64,000 bases of DNA from Eledone cirrhosa (Eukaryota): the NCBI GenBank assembly GCA_964016885.1, contig OZ024740.1:329158001-329222000 (forward strand), in the 5' to 3' direction. Shown in pieces: positions 1 to 13,931 of this stretch (positions within the stretch are counted from its first letter, which is position 1; each line of letters opens with the position of its first letter). The position numbers and the translations under genes were made by a program. The notes under the pieces were generated by a model. The model was not told the origin of the DNA and did no database searches. It saw only the letters and a program-made list of their open reading frames with translations.

Positions 1-1275
1 TCGCCATCTTGGAGCGGCTCCTCTTCAAATTCTTGTGGAGGGGTCAGGTTCCGCTGGTGCAGCGGTCCGTCTGCTGTCAGCACCCTCTACGTGGAGGGCT
101 GGGCATGCCGAGGCTAATTATGCGCAGGCAGGCGCTGAGGCTGTGGCATCTCCAGATATTCTGCCTAAACGGTGAACAGATGTGGTCGCCGTTTGTCAGA
201 CGAGCCTTTCCGCAGCTCGTTTCTTTGACTGAGCTGCAGTCCTGGGTTAAGAAGAGACCGAGACTGAGTGACTGGCATCTGGAATTTTGCCAGGCACTCA
301 TTGCCCTCTACCAGGCGGTCAATGCGGTCAGTGGAACTTCCACTCTCGAGTTCTATAGAGGATTAGTGGTGGGCAAGTGCGACGACGCACTCGGAGAGGC
401 TCTGGGAGTCAACGAAGTCGAACTAACCAGTCTGTACTGGAGCACTTTCGAGCCGGGAACGATGGATAATTTCCAAAGATTCCTCGCTTGGCAGTGCTAG
501 CGGGTGGCACTGCCGGTTCGGGATAAACTCTACAGGTACGGAAGTGCTGTCAGACGGACATGCCCGAGATGCGCGCAGAGCGACGAAACCGTTCTGCACG
601 CACTCGTCCAGTGTTCGTGCATTACTGACTTATGGAGTTATGTTGAACAGCTCTTGTCGCGAGTAGAACGGATCCGGCTATCGGCCGAGTCCATAGTGAA
701 GATCGACCCGCCACCATCTTTTGGCCAGGAAGGGCAGGCAATTTCCTCTGTCTGGTGGCAGTAGCGAAAGAGGTTGTATGGTGGATGAGGTTGAAAGGAC
801 TGAAGACAGACACTTTTCTCTTCGGCCAATCCCTCATCAACTTTTTCAAGTTTCACTTGGAAAGGAAGGTAAGGGTGGAGAGAGAAGTGCTGCCCCCCAG
901 TACATTTGCTGAAAGGTGGGTGAATGCGGCGAAAATGGCCCGTGTGAGTGGGCCTACTCTGGTCCTGCGGCTGTAGGTAGGTAAATTTGAGGAGGAGAGG
1001 GGTGCCCCTCAAGGGTGCTCTCGAAGCGTCGGGTCGTTCAGGATTGGTGGGGTACCTGGGCGAACCCTGGATGGTCATTCCCCCTATTGGGGTATTTTTT
1101 CTTGTTGTAATTTTATTTTTACTTTATTGTTACTTTGTTAGTGTTACTTTGTTATTGTTATTCATATTGTTTACTCGATTTTTCTGTAAAACCCCACTGT
1201 CCCAGTCTTTTGTATTGTCCCCTATATGTCGGCCCTTGTGGCCAATAAATGAAATCATTATTATTGTTATTATAA
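1..1275 (+). mobile_element. 3' end of an L1/Tx1-clade LINE (disrupted ORF2 C-terminus, 3' UTR, (TAT)n tail)
   Basis: ORF2-like text LFKFLWRG...RGGLGMP, then a zf-RVT-like motif TCPRCAQSDETVLHALVQC. In-frame TAG at 498-500 and a frameshift near 745-755. AATAAA at ~1244 followed by a TTA/TAT-repeat tail. GC-rich relative to the flank. Confidence 0.85.
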
Positions 1276-1571
1276 AGAAATCATTATTATTATGTGCCTT
1301 TTCCTCATTCTTCGCCTTTGTTTCCACTTCTAGCCGAGTGCTTTCCCGACAGCTAGAGGCAAAGTAACTCGTTACATAAATTGATGTCACAAAAATAAAC
1401 ACACCAGATTGTTCACGTCATATATTTTACACAGCTACAGGTAAATCATTTGCTCTTTGCTTGTGCACATTATCTGTTAGAAATCATATATACAACAGAA
1501 TGATAATCAATCATATTAGAAGGCTTGATTATTTACAACTTATATACATATTGGTTTATAATCATATATAT

Positions 1572-1620
<49 letters not shown>

Positions 1621-2498
1621 CTAAACACAAAAGAAAATACCGCATACAATCGAATACTCATCTTTGTTAGAAATACCGCATCATGTGTCTTTGCTAGTAA
1701 CATTTAGGCTCATAACTAAATAACTCAAAACAACATCAATTTAATGATTCTACTATACACTGCCTTCAATCTTAATATTAGTTTGTAAATTAGATACAAG
1801 GACAGAACTCTTTTGAGAAAGAAAAGCTGATCACATCGACCATAGTACTTGACTGCTGCTTTATTTTATCGACTCTGGAAAGGTGAAAATTAAATTTGAT
1901 CCTGTCGATATGATTTAAAAATAACAGAACAAATTAGAAGACATTAAAAAACTACAATTAATAGTGTGCAAAGAGCTACATTATATTATATTTTTGGCAG
2001 AGTACATACAACTAGCGCACCGAGGGTAGAAACTCTATGAAATATACCAGTAGGTTTTATCGGGCGAAAGAGTATTCAAAAAGAATTACTGACATTATCC
2101 ACCATAGGTAGACAGATATTCTTGAAGTTGACTATTGACTAAGAGAAAACTGTGACCCCTCCAAATCATTTTGGATCATCACTTTTAAATAGAAATGTTT
2201 TTATCACACTGTGACCGCCTAAGATAGACATTGAAACATGTATATGCTTATTAATGCATATTAATGTTATAACCGAATGCGCATGAATACGTGACGTTAT
2301 ATAATTCCCAAAGATCCCAATGGATGCAATTTTGTACCGAAATAGATAATTATACAGACCGATGATTTCATTTACCTAATTCTAAAGAAGATTTATACAT
2401 TTAATGAAAGTTTGCACCGAAACCACATTCTATTATGATTTTCGACAGTATATCTGGAGCATAATACAATCGCCTAACTACATCACAATTGATTAAAA

Positions 2499-3035
<537 letters not shown>

Positions 3036-3670
3036 AGATACGAAGGAGGGTAGTGGAGAAAGAAACAGGGCGAAACATACAAACAAGAAAGAACAAGAGC
3101 GTATGTATATGTATAAACAAAATGAAATATATTACAAGACTGTTGCTGCCTTTCCCTTTTTTCTTATTCTATTGTTTTATTATCGACGTGTATTGGATAT
3201 TGGTTGGCACGGAAAATATAAACTTATAACATAGTATTAAGTCTGACGCCTGTTTGTATAAGTAAACTGGAAGAATATCATAAGGTGAATGTTAATCTCA
3301 TGCTTGAGTAATTAAGGTATAAATCATAAACTTTGTTTACTGCAGAAAGATATCCAACGAGCAAAGAATATCTCATAAACAATGACTCTACAGTTGAAAA
3401 ATTATAAAAAGGCGTCCACAATCTCGAAACAACCACATGCTACTTTATGACCGCTGCTAAGTTCTTGACCAATAAGATATTTATATGATCATTCTAATGT
3501 TGAAAATAGAGACGTGAAGTAATCAAAATGTTAATTAAAATTAAACATAAAGACTAATTAACAATCCGTAGCACAGTTGTGATCGATATACCATATTTGA
3601 AAGAAAGGCCGTTCCCTACCTATTCTTGCATTCACGCACGGACATACTTACACACATACGCTGAAACGCG

Positions 3671-3756
<86 letters not shown>

Positions 3757-6148
3757 TGCACACACACATATATATATATATATATACAGAGAGAGAGATA
3801 GTGAGGGAGAGAGAGGGGTGAGAGAGGGGATGAGAGAGAGTGAGAGAGTGGGAGAAAGAGAGCTTGACTTAAATCAGTTTCAAGTCATAAACATATTTTC
3901 AGAAGCATTGGAGTATAAGTGAAAGAAAATGGAGAATAGAGTGTGGAGGCATGTTGAGTGTGTCTTTGGTTGGTTCAGCTCACATGCTGATGTAGGAAAG
4001 TCATCGAGAGCATATGTAATAGTGAACGCTGGAATAGCTACGTGTCGTTGGTGCCACCAATGTAGATAGAATCCAATGAGATCAGGTATAAATTCATGGG
4101 AGCATTAGTTGCAATATGTAGCCTGACTGCACTTCTCTGCAGATTTGATATCGCTGCTGGACTGAATGTTTAATTGATGCATATGACGAAATTTTGGCAG
4201 GTATCATTTTCTTGTTTTAATGGTGCGCGTATTGGTGTGAGGGGTGTCAGTCCGATGCACGCAGTTGTAGCGGATGGAAATCTAGTGGGCTTATTGGGAT
4301 ATCTCAGGCAATTTATTTGAAGTCGGTTAAGAAGGCACTTTTCTGGTGTCAGCAAAATTATAGAGCAGTTCTCCTGTATCACAGGTTCCTGCAGTATATG
4401 CAAAATCACGGGGATATTGTGATCTTGGTCACAGGGGTACTTTATGAATCTGGGCAGAACGGTGGGGTTTCCCTGTTTTTTACACTTAAAGAAGTATGCA
4501 TGTCTGGTGTATATGTGTATATGTGTGTAAGTGCGAGTGAGTGAATAGGAAATGACATTACCATATATCGTATTAAGTTTCAAATGTTGTATAATACATG
4601 AGACAAAGAGATACCACGAAAATTCAATATTGAATCTGTATTATTGCATTATTGATAAGTACTCTGCGTGTTGTAAAATGACTAAACATTGTTATACTCA
4701 ATAGCTGTCTGACTTTGTAGTACTACCAAGAAACTGTGAAAGGAACATATATCGACATATTGAAATGACAATTATGTAGTTTTCCTCGAGTACTATTATT
4801 TACTACACTTATGAGGAATATTTAAGGGATGCAGTGTTTTAGTTAAAAATGTAGAATAAGCGTCACTTTATTCTTTTAAAGTATTGAAATGAAAGGACAC
4901 TTAACAAGATTGGAAAACACGTTGCACACATGACAACCGCTAATATTACTCAAATGTCACCCTACAAGATTAAAAATAACACATTCAATACTGTTGTCAT
5001 AGATATGCTATATTTGAAAGAAACTCGGGATTGCTGAGGCCGGAATAGCTTTGATGATTGTTTTGATGATAGGTTTGATCTAAAACAAGACAATAACAAT
5101 AACGTGAAAGAGAATTGAATTTTTGCGTATTGTTTCTGGTATAAAACGAGATGATACTAATATGAACAAAAAGGAATATAACCCTCAATAACTATTAGAA
5201 AATCATTATGCAATATTAAATCTTGGCATGTTTGTTTTAGCACTAAGATTTAAAATGTAAAAATGGATGTTATTAATAACAAACACTGCATCAAGAAAGA
5301 ATGACCACCAATAATATATTCTCAACGTACAAACATATGAAACAAGAGTTTCAGTTCAAAGGCAACTGTAAAATTAAGAATATACACAATAATAATAATA
5401 CAATCTCTGAATGAATTTCATATAAATGGCAATAATTACCATGCTGAATTTCAGAGATTAGAACTAGTATTCTGAAATAATGAAGCTAGTTCAAGCACGA
5501 ATTTCGAAAAAAATTCAAAGGTGTCGTAGAGAGCCTAAAGCAAAGTACTTCATTCAAATTACAAACCTATAAATTAGAAATATAGAAATTATACAAAAAA
5601 AGAAGAGAAAATATTAGATTCCTTAGAAATACCTGGGCCATTTTAAATGATAAAATATTAGCGACGGTAAACTGTATAAACTTTTTATTCATGATAAATA
5701 TATCACTAATAATATTTATTTATCTCTATGTAAAAGGATTCACAAAGAAATATCTCTTGAAACACCAATCCCAGATAAAGGAAATGTTAAGTTGTCTTAA
5801 AGAAAACAAAATACATATAAATAATTTCAATGAAGATGAAGAAATGCATATCAGTGATTAAGTAAGTCAAGTTTATTATTCGCCGTAGGAATATGTAGAT
5901 TACCGAATGAAATTAAATATCAATTAATATTAGTTTTATAATAAAACTTAAGAAAATATAAGAATAGAAAAATCTATGCCAGATTAAGGAAATGTGGAAA
6001 TTGGGGGATGTATACACAAACCATATAAAAATATGGGTTCATGTTCCAGTTCTAACGGTATTTAAAATCTCACATGACAAAATAACTTCTATTTTTGGGA
6101 GAGAGACCGTGCTTCAAAATTTCAATCGTTAAGATAATTATCATAACG

Positions 6149-6690
6149 GTACATCGTTCCTTTGTCAGTCTGTATTCATATATGTATGTACGTATACATA
6201 CTTATATTTAAGTAACAGCCGTACCAAGAGTGAGAAATGAAATTTAGTTTCATTTTTTCCATTTATCGTTTTCGGTGCGCCCGGCTGATTATCTCACTCG
6301 ATATGCAAATTAGGCTGCTCAGCCGTTAATATGCATAAGGAAAGTATATACTTTCAGACGTTCAATCATCTGGCAGGAAGGTATACGTTGCTGACGATAG
6401 CTAATAAGCTTGAAACTAGTACATCGTTCCTTTGTTAGTGTTGAACAAAAGGGAAACGATGGTTGCTAAACACTGTACGGCTTAATTCGGGATGTTTATT
6501 TACAAACAAACCGAGCATTATAATAAATGTTCGGTTAATCCATACGTACATATATATATATGTGTGCATGTATATATATATACATGCTACTGTACGTCTG
6601 TATACATATATGTATGTACGTATACATACTTATATTTAAGTAACAGCCGTACTAAGAGTGGGAAATGAAATTTCGTTCATTTTTTCCATT
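6149..6690 (+). mobile_element. Retrozyme-like repeat family A, ~1.3 monomers
   Basis: Homologous to the 420-bp unit at 45732-46762. The segment AAGTAACAGCCGTAC(C/T)AAGAGTG occurs twice (~6210 and ~6638). Ends in (TA)n. Confidence 0.8.
6385..6427 (+). ncRNA. Type I hammerhead ribozyme (family A)
   Basis: ACGTTG-CTGACGA-TAGCtaataaGCTT-GAAA-CTAG-TA-CATCGT: canonical core, palindromic stem III ACTAGT, one mismatch in stem I. Confidence 0.8.
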
Positions 6691-7054
6691 TTTATATATA
6701 TATCTATATAGTGTTAGTATCATAAAGAGACAGTTTAATTTGTACATTTTATAACAGCATTCCTTTACACGTATATATACGTGTATATACATGTATATAT
6801 ACGTGTTATTTACAGTTCTATAAAAACGAAGTATAATTGTTTCTACTTTTGTCACAAGGCCAGCAATTATCCAGTACATCACTGGTACTTTATTATATAT
6901 AATATATATATAAGACAACATTCCTCTCTTTCTTACTCTATCTTTTTAGATAGATACTAAGCCATAACTCCTTATAATATCTCTCTGTCTGGCTGCCTGT
7001 CTGCATTGACTTCGCTTCTAAACACCTTTTAATTACTTATATATATATATATAA

Positions 7055-7530
7055 TTATATTAGAAATATAAGCTTTCATCGTATTTTTTACTAAAGAAAT
7101 TTTTAGCCTGATAGTGGGGTTTAGAACCTTTAGAGAATTGGAAAAAGATGAGTATTGACGTACATGGGAGTCGTACCCACGTCTTTGGTTATCCAGAACA
7201 CTGTGCTACCATTACATCAACACATCACCCATCTCCTTCCATTCAAATTAGAAGCTACATTCTTAGCAAGTAAATGACAAATAAGTATGTTTTGAAACAG
7301 TGAGCGAGTTTGAAATTAGAAATATAAGGTTTCCCCGTATTTTTGACTAAAGAGATTTTTAGCCTGATAGTGGGGTTTAGAACCCTCAGAGAAATGGAAA
7401 AAGATGAGTATTGATGTACATGGGAGTCGAACCCACATCTTTGGCTATCGAGACCACTGTGCTACCATTACACCAACACATCACCTATCTCCTTCCATTC
7501 AAATTAGAAGCTACTTTCTTAGCAAGTATT
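7055..7530 (-). repeat. ~256-bp tandem dimer, each unit carrying a tRNA-like sequence
   Basis: Two copies offset by 256 bp; the family recurs as an inverted pair at 23770-24230. Confidence 0.85.
7412..7482 (-). tRNA. tRNA-like cloverleaf (anticodon CGA, short variable arm); probable pseudo-tRNA
   Basis: Minus strand GATGTGTTGGTGTAATGGTAGCACAGTGGTCTCGATAGCCAAAGATGTGGGTTCGACTCCCATGTACATCA: A box, B box GGTTCGACTCC, paired acceptor stem, T5 run ~10 nt downstream. Sister copy at 7156-7226 has GGA. Confidence 0.55.
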
Positions 7531-7756
7531 TGTGTACAGATATTTTTGCATACACAAACAGAAAATACACCGGAAAACAGAACTACAAAGATAAAATATA
7601 ACCAAACATTGTATTTATTTCGTTAACTACGCAGCAATTTGTTTACATTTAGTTCGACTGTACGAAAGCACAGACGGCTTATGGTCATTGTTACTGCCGA
7701 TATGCCTCCTGAAAAGTCCCGCCCTCGCCGCAAGATCCGATTTTCCAGAAGAAAAA

Positions 7757-8100
7757 ATGTTAAAGCTCTGCAATAGCACACAACTTGCACTCAAGCAGAT
7801 GTTGCGTCATGTAATTGAAGCCACAATCATGATTGGAGTTGGTAGGGCAGAAGATGTATTTATTCCTCGCACCCCGTTGCTGCCAGCCGACTTACCCTTC
7901 GAGTTCAAGCGACTTCAGTTTCCAACAAAGCTGACGGTCAAACCCTAAAAGTGGCTGGCCTTCATCTGGGAAAACCATGCTTCTCCCATGGTCAAATGTA
8001 TGTAGGATGCGCTAGGGTGAGCTCGCCAAACAATCTCTTCATCTTTGCTCCCGAGGGCCGAACAAAAAACATTGTGCACTCTGAGGCTCTAACAATGTAA
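7757..8100 (+). mobile_element. Helitron RepHel (PIF1-family helicase) C-terminal fragment, frameshifted
   Basis: KLCNSTQL...VIEATIMIG...VFIPRTPLLPADLPFEFKRLQFP, then in another frame GQTLKVAGLHLGKPCFSHGQMYVGCARVSSPNNL...TKNIVHSEAL; typical Helitron helicase C-terminal motifs. Confidence 0.9.
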
Positions 8101-8959
8101 TTTATGTATTTTCTGTTACTTGGAATTTCCATTACGGTTGTACAAATTATTGTAAAGTTTGTTAAAAAATGTGTTCTCTGATCAGCCTTTATTGTTGTAA
8201 CTATCAATTTTCTTTAACGTACTGGCTGCTGAACCGGGGAATCCTAAAAACTATTTAAATCCAACATCAGAGCACGTTAACCCCCCACCCTCGTGCGTAA
8301 TTGATGGGGTTGTCTATTGTGTGTGTGTGTGTGTGTGTGCGTGTGACAGAGGGTTACATAGGGCGGTCAGGCGAATATCAAAGATAATTGGGTTCAAAGG
8401 GTCAGGGGAAGGGGTTAGACACGCGCCCAAGGGGCCAGGCAAGCTGGCGCTAACTTTAAGGGGAGATTGACGACACAAGCGTTAGGTGGAATCACCACTA
8501 TATTCCTTGCTACGTTAATTGCCAGTACATTAAACTAGCAGGCCCAGCCGGATAGCGCCTGGCGATAGGCCTGCATCAGATCTTTCAGAAAGCCATCACA
8601 ACCAGTGCGACAATAGCAGGATTGTAGCAAAACTAATGGTCCAACACCACAGTTGTAACTTTTACCACGGAATGGAGTGATTATGGTCGTTGAGCATTGC
8701 AGTGGTGGTGGTGGTATTTTTCACGCGTTAGAAATGAGTCGCCACAATAGCTCCCCCCATTGATACATACTCGGAACGACAATGTGACTTGAGAAGGCGT
8801 GCGGTATATTTGCACGGTATATTTGCACTTATAAATGTTAAAGGATTGTAAATAAAACGAGTAAATCAGACAAAGTTGGAATTCCTCTTATTAATATAAT
8901 CTTCTATACACAATCATACACACCCGTGTATATTTACTTATCTATATATATATATATAT

Positions 8960-9890
8960 CTAAAGAATTAATATATCTAGTAACATATATATACACAGAT
9001 GCATACTTATGCTAGCAAATATATAGGTTTTGTCTTAGTAACTTTGTGGTTCAATGCATGGGGATGCAGAACAATAATATGAGAGACGTAAAATAAGAAA
9101 ATTATAAAATTAACTTACTTACTAAAATTTCACTCCAACTAATTAGTTTCTGAAAGGGAATAAACATAGTTTCCGAAAAAACGTACGGAGAAGCCTTTCG
9201 TTATCAGGGAAGTCTATTCTCAGCTAAGTTTCCAGGCAATACGTGGACACAGGAAACTTATACAAAAATAATTCAGTGGATGGAAAAAAGCAAAGCGTGG
9301 ACTAAATTCAAAGCCATTGAAAAAATCACTGCCTACCGCGTCGGTGGAAAATTCAAAAGAATCAGTCACGTGACATCGAGGTCAATCAGTGAAGAGTGGT
9401 TTGTTAAGAAGACAGCAGCCGGACCGTTACTATAGTAGCAGTTTTGGCTAATTTTTGCTCGACAAAATAATTTGGAGATAATTATAAAGAATTAATATAT
9501 CTAGTAACATATATTTACACAGATGCATACTTATGCTAGCAAATATATAGGTTTTGTCTTAGTAACTTTGTGGTTCAATGCATGGGGATGCAGAACAATA
9601 ATATGAGAGACGTAAAATAAGAAAATTATAAAATTAACTTACTTACTAAAATTGCTTGGAATTTAGTCCACGCTTTGCTTTTTTCCATCCACTGAATTAT
9701 TTTTGTAAAAGTTACCTGTGTCCACGTATTGCCTGGAAACGTAGCTGAGAATAGACTTCCCTGATGACGAAAGGCTTCTCCGTACGTTTCTTCGGAAACT
9801 ATGTTTATTCCCTTTCAGAAACTAATTAGTTGGAGTGAAATTTTAGTAAGTAAGTTAATTTTATAATTTTCTTATTTTACGTCTCTCATA
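8960..9890. mobile_element. PLE pseudo-LTR-like element with direct and inverted segments between (TA)n tracts
   Basis: 8962-9129 is repeated directly at 9487-9653; 9658-9890 is the reverse complement of ~9078-9310; both inverted arms contain an HHR fold. Confidence 0.7.
9755..9837 (+). ncRNA. Type I hammerhead ribozyme
   Basis: TTCC-CTGATGA-CGAA...TTCG-GAAA-CTA...TAG-TT-GGAG (GUU site). The inverted twin at 9131-9214 (-) has core CTGATAA. Confidence 0.65.
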
Positions 9891-10074
9891 TATATATATA
9901 TATATATATATTAAAATAACACATTAAAGTTTAAGCAATACATCGCTGCTTTCACCGTTAACGCGATCTTCTGAAACAAAAAAAAATGAATCTGTGGACT
10001 CAGAAGTAAATATTTCGAAAAACGTATTTTAATAAATATATCTTCTATTTTAGTCTTCCCAATTTTTCTTATTA

Positions 10075-11187
<1,113 letters not shown>

Positions 11188-11197
11188 AACCAGTAAG

Positions 11198-11291
11198 ACC
11201 CCGACAGCTGAGCTCAAGCCGTTTCGACGGCTAATTCTGGACTAAATGAAAATTTATCCTGGTATTTAAATAGCCGATCTTCTCAAGGGGT
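11198..11291 (-). ncRNA. Type I hammerhead ribozyme, U3-A8 core variant (inverted-arm copy)
   Basis: Reverse complement of 15042-15135. Confidence 0.65.
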
Positions 11292-11849
11292 AATTCCATA
11301 TATGGTCAAAGTGATTGTCAAAAATCAGTAGTAATTCTGTGGTTGCAAATTAGTAGGGGAGATGGTGGCTAAACCTGCCAGTAGGAGAAAGAGGGGAGGG
11401 GGTGGAGTAGACCCAATCAAGCGTTGGTAGTGCCAGCTACAGATGGGCATGAGGTCAAAGAAGATACAGGGGAGGGGGAGGGGGAAGAAGTCGGAACGGT
11501 AGGTAGAACAATGGGGGGTAGAAATATATAGGAAAGAAAAAATACTGAGAGTGAAGAAAAGCAAATAAGTGTAAAGAAAAAAGTATAGTAAATTCTAAGA
11601 CCTAGGTCTCTAGCTATTGTTAGGCTAGAATAAATAAATAAAGAAAGAAAGAAGTAAAGAAATAAATAAAGAAATAACGAAATAAGTAAAAGAACTAGGT
11701 GGGACGGAATAGGCAAGGACCCTTTTAAGAGGTATAAGTACGTAAATGATACGGTGACGGGTCAACAAAAGGGGCCAAAATACTAAAGAGACTACCACGA
11801 AATAAACAATAAAGGTTTCCATCCCGGGCACAATGCCAGCAACCACCCA

Positions 11850-13931
11850 GTGCAGCAAAGTGAACTAGTACGAGATAATAATTCTGAGTCCCGAATATAT
11901 GACAGATATTGCGACAACCAAGACTTAGGCACCAAGGAGAGATTCGGATTTATTACCTACAAATCTCCGCCCCTGAACCCCTTGCTCGCACCCTTCGAGA
12001 ATGACCTCTTCCAACTGGTCAAGAACATTAAATTTAAACCCAGACACAACCGAATCCTACAAAAACTCCGTAGCAACTTAACAGAGTATGATAACACAAA
12101 TGACATCATGGTGCATTCGGATAAAACTGGGAACCTATACTTTGTCAACCCTGACAGATACCACACACTGATCAGGAGCAGCCTAAAGTCCACCTATAAA
12201 AAGGCCAACCACTCTTGCATCGAGGACATAAATCGAGATGGACAACAAATTACCTCCAGCCTCGGGGTCGCCGACCGCACGGAACCTCTAGACCCACGGA
12301 CACCATACTTCACACTGAAGGACCATAAATCCGATTTTGACCGTAAACCCTCTATCAGGCTTATTAACCCAACGAAGTCCGACATAGGGAGAATCAGCAA
12401 AAAAATCCTAGACCGCGTGATACCAAAAGTCAAGCAACACACCCGACTTAGCCTATGGATCAACACCCAGGAAGTAATCTCCTGGTTCAGCAATATGGAG
12501 GATAAACGAGAAACTAAATTCATACAGTTCGACATAGAGACCTACTATGCTTCAATCACCTTACCGCTACTTACTGCCGCCTTGGACTTCGCCGAATCAC
12601 TTGTGCCCATCACCGACCAGGAAAGAAAAATCATCCTCCACGCCAGGAAGACAGTCTTACTCTTTGACGACTCTAAATGGATAAAAAGAGCTCCCGACTC
12701 ACCCTTCGACGTCAGCATGGGCGCCACGGATTCGGCGGAGGTCACAGATCTTATAGGATTATTCCTAATAGCCAAACTCACTGATATGTTTCCTGCATTC
12801 GGTGGTGGATTGTACCGTGATGATGGGCTCCTTACCCTTAAAGGGTACAACCCCAGTAGTACAGATCGGGTCCGTAAACAATTAATCAGATTCTTCCGCG
12901 ACTGGGGATTTAAAATAACACTACAAACATCCCTGACCCGAGTAAACTTCCTGGAGGTGACCCTCGACCTCGAAAACCACCTGTACTACCCATACAGGAA
13001 ACCTAATGACAATCTGCACTACATCCACCGCCGATCAAACCATCCTAGGAACATCACAAACAACCTGGTCAAAAACATTTCCCTCCGCATATCCCGTTTG
13101 TCAGCTAATGAGCGGATATTCGATGAACATGCGCCTTATTACAACCAGGCCCTCAAGCGGAGTGGTTTCCGGGAGGAAATATCCTACTGTCCAGCTCCCA
13201 TTAGCGGAACCAGCAGGAGACACCGCCGCTCACGCAATGTAACATGGTTCAATCCTCCCCACAACGCAGAGGTGACAACTCCCATCGGGAAACTATTCTT
13301 TAGGCTCATTGAAAAACACTTCCCATTACAACACCGCTACCACAACATAATTAACAAAAATACCATCAAACTCTCATACAGCACTACACCAAACTTCGCA
13401 CAAAACATCGTCTCCTCTAACAACAAAAAACTCAACCCCGATGGCAGAAATAACCTAAATAGCAGTGGAGAACCGACCAGGAGGTGTAACTGCCCGGATA
13501 AATCCATTTGCCCACTCGACAATAGATGCAGAGACCGTAATGTGATCTACCAGTGCAACGTGAGGACGGATACCTCCAACAAAGCCTATATAGGACTTAC
13601 CGCATGTGACTTCAAGACCCGGCTATACCAACATAGACATACCTTCCGAAACCCGGCCCGGCGTCACGCCACTACACTTTCGGGCCACATATGGGACCTC
13701 AAGGACAACAACATCACCTATGATCTCACTTGGAGATTACTGTCCAGAGCCAATTCTTACACGGGAGCACGCCCTCCGTGCAATTTATGCTCGGAGGAAA
13801 CTTTACAAATGCTGTTTTCGACGGACCAACTCCTAAACAAGAAAGATGAACTGGTTACTGCATGTAAACATAGATTGCGTAGGACTTACCTCGCCCTCAA
13901 ACCCCATAATGATCAGGGGGGGGGGGGGTAG
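11850..13931 (+). CDS. PLE reverse transcriptase plus C-terminal GIY-YIG endonuclease (open frame; true N-terminus probably lost at the 11894 inversion junction)
   Basis: RT motifs FIQFDIETYYASI, FDVSMGATDSAEVTDLIG, GLYRDDGL, VNFLEVTLDL. Linker CNCPDKSICPLDNRC. Endonuclease VIYQC...YIGLT...FKTRLYQH. C-terminal CNLCSEE...LLNKKDELVTACKH. The GTG start lies inside the inverted arm. Confidence 0.92.
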   Translation: MQQSELVRDNNSESRIYDRYCDNQDLGTKERFGFITYKSPPLNPLLAPFENDLFQLVKNIKFKPRHNRILQKLRSNLTEYDNTNDIMVHSDKTGNLYFVNPDRYHTLIRSSLKSTYKKANHSCIEDINRDGQQITSSLGVADRTEPLDPRTPYFTLKDHKSDFDRKPSIRLINPTKSDIGRISKKILDRVIPKVKQHTRLSLWINTQEVISWFSNMEDKRETKFIQFDIETYYASITLPLLTAALDFAESLVPITDQERKIILHARKTVLLFDDSKWIKRAPDSPFDVSMGATDSAEVTDLIGLFLIAKLTDMFPAFGGGLYRDDGLLTLKGYNPSSTDRVRKQLIRFFRDWGFKITLQTSLTRVNFLEVTLDLENHLYYPYRKPNDNLHYIHRRSNHPRNITNNLVKNISLRISRLSANERIFDEHAPYYNQALKRSGFREEISYCPAPISGTSRRHRRSRNVTWFNPPHNAEVTTPIGKLFFRLIEKHFPLQHRYHNIINKNTIKLSYSTTPNFAQNIVSSNNKKLNPDGRNNLNSSGEPTRRCNCPDKSICPLDNRCRDRNVIYQCNVRTDTSNKAYIGLTACDFKTRLYQHRHTFRNPARRHATTLSGHIWDLKDNNITYDLTWRLLSRANSYTGARPPCNLCSEETLQMLFSTDQLLNKKDELVTACKHRLRRTYLALKPHNDQGGGG

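Noticed and set aside
3950-4480. Possible old LINE RT C-terminal remnant (minus strand, ...LNRLQINCLRY...)
   Set aside because: Only vague motif similarity; needs a profile search.
7360-7400. CTGATAG-TGGGGTT...AACCCTC-AGAGAAA in the tRNA-like repeat as a hammerhead
   Set aside because: Core is not CUGANGA in any of the four copies, and stems I and III do not form.
8533-8565. Hairpin plus CTAG as a Helitron 3' terminus (minus strand)
   Set aside because: Opposite orientation to the helicase fragment and no matching 5' end could be defined.
11850-13931. Selenocysteine recoding as in Naiad-clade PLEs
   Set aside because: The ORF has no in-frame TGA and the endonuclease is C-terminal, so it is not Naiad-type.
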